Shown in pieces: positions 60,047 through 64,000 of a stretch of DNA of 64,000 nucleotides; within the stretch, counting starts at the first letter, position 1, and every line of letters starts with the position of its first letter. This stretch comes from Bacilli bacterium (GTDB lineage: Bacteria > Bacillota_I > Bacilli_A > RFN20 > CAG-826), in NCBI GenBank assembly GCA_045615545.1, contig JAZLFA010000067.1:279-64278 (forward strand). The letters are read 5' to 3'. The notes below the pieces were generated by a model. The model saw only the letters and a list, made by a program, of their open reading frames with translations. It was not told where the DNA came from and made no database searches. The translations under genes were made by a program, and so were the position numbers.

Positions 60047-60121
60047 TGGCTGGGGTACCTGGGATCGAACCAGGGAATGTCGGAGTCAGAGGCCGATGCC
60101 TTACCGCTTGGCTATACCCCA
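60047..60121 (-). tRNA. tRNA-Gln, anticodon CUG
   Basis: Reverse complement TGGGGTATAGCCAAGCGGTAAGGCATCGGCCTCTGACTCCGACATTCCCTGGTTCGATCCCAGGTACCCCAGCCA folds as a cloverleaf; closely resembles Bacillus tRNA-Gln; encoded CCA. Confidence 0.85.
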
Positions 60122-60125
60122 TTTA

Positions 60126-60371
60126 CTAATTGTGGGATTCACCTTCAGCTAATCTAACTTCTAAAACACCAGGGACTTCTTCCTGCAAAATTACTTCAAC
60201 TAACTGTTTGATATCGTTATAGGCAAATGAACAGCCTTCACAAGCACCTTTCATTTTTACGTATACAATGCCATCTTTAAAAGATACAAATTCACAGTCT
60301 CCTCCATCTTTCTGTAAGAAGTGGCGAATTTTATCTAATGTTGCAATGATTTGTTGTTCAGTATTTTCCAT
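60126..60371 (-). CDS. NifU/Nfu-like Fe-S cluster assembly protein (C-terminal NifU domain)
   Basis: CEGC motif in the NifU C-terminal domain; the start could be ATG 60371 or 60401. Confidence 0.7.
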   Translation of the reverse strand: MENTEQQIIATLDKIRHFLQKDGGDCEFVSFKDGIVYVKMKGACEGCSFAYNDIKQLVEVILQEEVPGVLEVRLAEGESHN

Positions 60372-60499
60372 AGTTGCGAATATGATAATAGCACATTCCA
60401 AATAAAATGGTTATTGTTTTACGAAAATATATTTAAAAAAGTAAAGACTCTATATAAATTATTAGAGCCTTTTTACTTTTTAGTGATAGAATAAACGAG

Positions 60500-60949
60500 A
60501 TGAAAACAACAGGGATTAAGATAATTGCCCAAAATAAAAAGGCCTCATTTAATTATTTTCTAAGTGATTTTACGGAATGTGGAATTGCTCTTTTGGGAAC
60601 GGAAATTAAATCATTACGTAGTAAAGGAGCATCATTAATTGATGCATATGTGGTTATTCGTAACCAAGAGGCAGAAGTTGTCAATATGCACATCCCTGAA
60701 TATGACAAAGGTAATTTATTTAATCATGAACCTCTTAGAACAAGAAAGCTTTTATTACATAAAAAAGAAATTCGTTGGTTTTTAGCTCAAACAAAAACTG
60801 GTGGGTTTACAATTGTTCCAACTAAGTTATATTTTTCTAAAGGAAAAGCAAAAATTGAAATTGCTTTAGCAAAAGGTAAAAAGAATTATGATAAACGCGA
60901 AACAATAAAAAAACGCGATCTTCAAAGGGAAATTGACAAAGGTTTCTAG
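60500..60949 (+). CDS. smpB: SsrA-binding protein SmpB
   Basis: Full-length SmpB sequence. Confidence 0.95.
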   Translation: MKTTGIKIIAQNKKASFNYFLSDFTECGIALLGTEIKSLRSKGASLIDAYVVIRNQEAEVVNMHIPEYDKGNLFNHEPLRTRKLLLHKKEIRWFLAQTKTGGFTIVPTKLYFSKGKAKIEIALAKGKKNYDKRETIKKRDLQREIDKGF

Positions 60950-60950
60950 T

Positions 60951-62192
60951 ATGAAATTCGAAGGATTGGATGCCAAAGGAAGAGAAAGTTATCAAAGGGA
61001 TGATTTTGATGCGTTTTTAAAGTCTGTTAAGTTTTCTTTTAATTTGCCTGCTATTCATATTGCGGGCACAAATGGTAAAGGTAGTACAGCTATATATTTA
61101 GCTTCTATTTATCAAAAAGCTGGCTATAAAGTGGGATTATTTACTTCTCCTGCTTTAATTAAGAATAATGAAATGATTTCAATTAATTCAGTGAACATTA
61201 CCGACGAGGAAGCAGAAGAAATTATTGCCCCTGTTAAAGATAAAATAATTAAGTATAAACTTTCAGAATTTGAGATTGAAACATATATTGCTTTTACATA
61301 TTTTCTAAAAGAAAAATGTGATGTTTCTATCATAGAATGTGGAATGGGTGGCTTAATTGATGCAACAAATGTATTCACCCCTATTCTTTCAATTATTACA
61401 TCTGTTTCATTAGAACATACTGATTTTTTGGGTCATTCATTTAATGAGGTTGCAAATCACAAAGCTGGAATAATCAAAAAAGAAGTCCCGGTATTAATTG
61501 GAAAACTTAATGAAGAAAGTGAAATGACTATTTCAGAAGTTGCTGTTGCTAACAAAAGTAAACTATTTAAGACTAGGGAATTTAATCATATTAAAGTAAC
61601 ATCAAGTGGCATTGTTTTTTCTTATGCATTATTTAACGATATTAAACTTAACTCAAACGCTTATTACGAAGCTAAAAATGCGGCATTGGCATTAGAAGCC
61701 TCTTTAATACTTAAAGATAAACTTCCTTACGATGAATCAATCATTAGTAACTGTTTTGTTGATACTAGAGTTCAAGCACGTTTAGAAGAGTTTAAGAAAT
61801 GTTCTACCGTTGTTATTGATGGCGCTCATAATCCTGAAGCAATTGATGCTTTAGTTGATTCAATGTTTAAAAAATACCAAGGTATTCCTATTCATATTAT
61901 TTTTGCTAATTTCATCGATAAAAATATGACAATTATGTTGCCTAAACTCTCGGTATTGTCTAAAGACTTAACATTAACAACTTTTGATAATCCTCGCGCA
62001 AGAAAGGAAGAAGATTATTTTATCTTTTTAGATGACTTCCCATTTGAACAAGATTATAAGAAATTGATCAAAGAAAAAATGGCAATGTATCCAAATGACA
62101 TTATCTTAGTAACTGGGTGTTTGGCTTTTGCAGGTATAGTTTCAGAACAATTTAAGAAAGGGGAATATGATGATGTTTGCCCCGCTTCTTAA
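60951..62192 (+). CDS. folC: Folylpolyglutamate synthase / dihydrofolate synthase (Mur ligase family)
   Basis: ATP-binding HIAGTNGKGST and Mur-ligase central domain. Confidence 0.8.
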   Translation: MKFEGLDAKGRESYQRDDFDAFLKSVKFSFNLPAIHIAGTNGKGSTAIYLASIYQKAGYKVGLFTSPALIKNNEMISINSVNITDEEAEEIIAPVKDKIIKYKLSEFEIETYIAFTYFLKEKCDVSIIECGMGGLIDATNVFTPILSIITSVSLEHTDFLGHSFNEVANHKAGIIKKEVPVLIGKLNEESEMTISEVAVANKSKLFKTREFNHIKVTSSGIVFSYALFNDIKLNSNAYYEAKNAALALEASLILKDKLPYDESIISNCFVDTRVQARLEEFKKCSTVVIDGAHNPEAIDALVDSMFKKYQGIPIHIIFANFIDKNMTIMLPKLSVLSKDLTLTTFDNPRARKEEDYFIFLDDFPFEQDYKKLIKEKMAMYPNDIILVTGCLAFAGIVSEQFKKGEYDDVCPAS

Positions 62193-62955
62193 ACACAATT
62201 TTTCATTAGTGCAAAAGATATGCTTTGCAGGCCTTTTAATCGCTATTGCAACTATCTTACAAAAAGTTGTCGCAATCAACTACATTTCTGTTGTTCCATT
62301 TTTAAGAGTTTCTTTAGGTGGACCTGCCACAATTATCTTTGCCTCGATCTTTTTAGGACCATGGTTTGGCTTGCTTATTGGAGCTGCCTCTGATATCTTG
62401 GGATATTTCATTTTTGATCCGAAAACTATGGGTTTTTTCCCGCAAATCACGGCTATTTATGCTGTTTTAGGATTTGTTAGTTACTTTATTTTTAAATTAA
62501 TAATGCTTGTGAAAAACAAAAATCATATGCGCATTATTGAGTATATTTCTATTGCGTTAGTTGTTATAGGAACCTCTTTATTTATGGGTTTAAATAATCA
62601 GGTGACTTTATATGGCACAACATACAACATTGAACTATGGCAAAAGATACTTATTCCTAGTCTTGGTGGCGCACTTTTTATTGTTTTAATTGTTGTTACT
62701 GAACTAACAAGTAAATTATTTGAAAAAAAGAACGATCCACGACTCGTTGCGAATCCACATCAAATATCATTTTCTTGCTTTCTCATTGAGATACTTGTCA
62801 TGTTGTTATTTGGCACATTGATGAAAGCGTGCGCATTTGGCTTTGCTACTTTTGGTGTGATCGTTATCTGCCAATTAATTGTTATGGTGATTAATGTACC
62901 TTTAAATACATTTATCATTTCTTATATTATGCTTTTAACAAAGGGGCTTAAATAA
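62167..62955 (+). CDS. folT: ECF-transporter S component, folate-family-like (FolT-like)
   Basis: Multi-TM ECF S-type protein (LGGPATIIFASIFLGPWFGLLIGAASDILG) overlapping and co-directional with folC. Confidence 0.55.
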   Translation: MMMFAPLLKHNFSLVQKICFAGLLIAIATILQKVVAINYISVVPFLRVSLGGPATIIFASIFLGPWFGLLIGAASDILGYFIFDPKTMGFFPQITAIYAVLGFVSYFIFKLIMLVKNKNHMRIIEYISIALVVIGTSLFMGLNNQVTLYGTTYNIELWQKILIPSLGGALFIVLIVVTELTSKLFEKKNDPRLVANPHQISFSCFLIEILVMLLFGTLMKACAFGFATFGVIVICQLIVMVINVPLNTFIISYIMLLTKGLK

Positions 62956-62956
62956 A

Positions 62957-63145
62957 ATGGAAGAAGAAAAAAATGTAACGGAAACAAATGAAGAACATAC
63001 TGAAGCTGAAATACCTGAAGGAAAAGATGACTCAAAGATATCATTTCCTTGGGTAGGACTTATTATTACAGGTGTTCTTGTTATTGCTGCAATTATTTGT
63101 ATAGTGGTTATTTTCCAATTTGGTGGGCCAGTAAATCCAAAATGA
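62957..63145 (+). CDS. Hypothetical small membrane protein (62 aa, acidic N-terminus plus one TM)
   Basis: ORF track only. Confidence 0.3.
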   Translation: MEEEKNVTETNEEHTEAEIPEGKDDSKISFPWVGLIITGVLVIAAIICIVVIFQFGGPVNPK

Positions 63146-63864
63146 TTAAGAAATTATTTTTATCATTTTTAATTGCATTAGGAATTGGTAGTCCTCTTTT
63201 TAATTTTGATAAAACCTATGCATTGTTTAGTTATGATAATTATGTTTTAGAAGAAAAAGAAAATGGAAACAAGAAACTAGTTTCACTAAAAGATACATCT
63301 TCTCCTTTTTATTACATATATGAAAATAGCAAGATAGATGAAATTGGTCCTAATGCCTTTGCTAACGCTACTAATTCTTATAGTGTGATGATTTCTAACT
63401 ACGTAAAAATTATTGATCAATCAGCTTTTTCTAATAAATTAAGTACAATTTATTTTACTGGCAGCGAACAAGAGTGGAATGATATTAATTATTCAACTAG
63501 CAAAAATGTGAATTTTTATGCATGTGATGAAGGATTTATTAACTATTGGAACACCTATATTCGCCCTAATAAAGATACTAATATTTGTGAAACAGATCGT
63601 TTAGTGTATGGTGAAATGAAAATGCTTTATGGTTCACTTAGTGAAGAACATAAAGTTAATGTCGATTGTTATGTTGATTTAAGCGGTTCTACAATTAAAG
63701 ATTCAATTACGTATTTAGACGAATATTTTTCTAAACCAGTTAACCCAAATGTCGGTTATCTTCCAAAAGACAAAACCATCTCAATTATTATCGCTGTTTC
63801 TGTTATTGGAATGACTGCGATTGCAGGCTTATATTTACTCAAAAAGAAAAATATAATCGACTAA
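63142..63864 (+). CDS. Surface-anchored protein with N-terminal signal peptide and C-terminal TM plus KKK tail (240 aa)
   Basis: Start moved to ATG 63142 (MIKKLFLSFLIALGIGSPLF); C-terminal ISIIIAVSVIGMTAIAGLYLLKKKN. Confidence 0.45.
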   Translation: MIKKLFLSFLIALGIGSPLFNFDKTYALFSYDNYVLEEKENGNKKLVSLKDTSSPFYYIYENSKIDEIGPNAFANATNSYSVMISNYVKIIDQSAFSNKLSTIYFTGSEQEWNDINYSTSKNVNFYACDEGFINYWNTYIRPNKDTNICETDRLVYGEMKMLYGSLSEEHKVNVDCYVDLSGSTIKDSITYLDEYFSKPVNPNVGYLPKDKTISIIIAVSVIGMTAIAGLYLLKKKNIID

Positions 63865-63941
63865 GAAACAAAAAATAGTATTTACATCTATCCTATTCAG
63901 TGATAGATTAGTAAAAGCAAAATTATGATAGGGAGGCTAAG

Positions 63942-64000
63942 ATGAGAGAAAAAGTTCTTTTGATTTGCTCCGAGTGCCTTTCTAGAAATTACGCGACAAC
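63942..64000 (+). CDS. rpmG: 50S ribosomal protein L33, 5' partial at the window edge
   Basis: GGGAGG RBS then MREKVLLICSECLSRNYATT, the L33 zinc-ribbon N-terminus. Confidence 0.7.
   Translation, partial: MREKVLLICSECLSRNYAT

Noticed and set aside
1-64000. CRISPR arrays, rRNA genes, tmRNA, prophage structural genes
   Set aside because: No regularly spaced direct repeats, no rRNA-like conserved segments and no phage capsid, terminase or portal-like ORFs seen; smpB is present, but ssrA is not in this window.

Overview
AT-rich (about 30% GC by eye) window from a standard-genetic-code, low-GC Gram-positive-like genome. TGA acts as a stop codon and the long ORFs are intact. Lipoprotein lipoboxes (LTAC/LAAC), surface proteins with an N-terminal signal peptide and a C-terminal TM anchor, and Bacillus-like synteny (recU-gpsB-rnpB, pgsA-cinA-recA-rny-ymdB-miaB-ymcA, mnmG-rsmG-parA, sufCDSUB) together suggest an Acholeplasma-like Mollicute or a close Firmicutes relative. 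Positions 1 to about 16.3 kb are accessory: a Fic-like pair, a LysR/ldhA/gpx block, a hipBA toxin-antitoxin module, a membrane-anchored MBL-fold hydrolase, two large divergent paralogous surface proteins flanking a Hin-like serine recombinase, and a degenerate TnpB-like gene next to a truncated GAF gene. The remainder is core housekeeping: glycolipid synthase, recX, yhaM, the suf operon, mnmG/rsmG/parA, an FMN riboswitch with ribU, cmk/der/gpsA/hup, dnaD/nth/recU, rnpB, pgsA/cinA/recA/rny/ymdB/miaB/miaA/tcdA/fhs, two fused ABC ATPase-permeases, ychF/ispF/argS/rpoE, tRNA-Gln, smpB and folC/folT. The most interesting candidate system is an approximately 811-bp putative invertible segment (about 9004-9814). 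It is bounded by 16-bp inverted repeats (14 of 16 matching, both containing the GGCC tetranucleotide that is rare here), carries the invertase gene and a strong outward promoter, and sits exactly between two oppositely oriented paralogous surface-protein genes. That layout suggests a flip-flop phase-variation switch. The second is a TnpB-like protein in which the RuvC-II glutamate and three of the four zinc-finger cysteines appear to be lost, a TldR-like candidate RNA-guided regulator. It has its own extended -10 promoter and lies directly upstream of membrane-lipid genes. No CRISPR array and no rRNA genes were seen.
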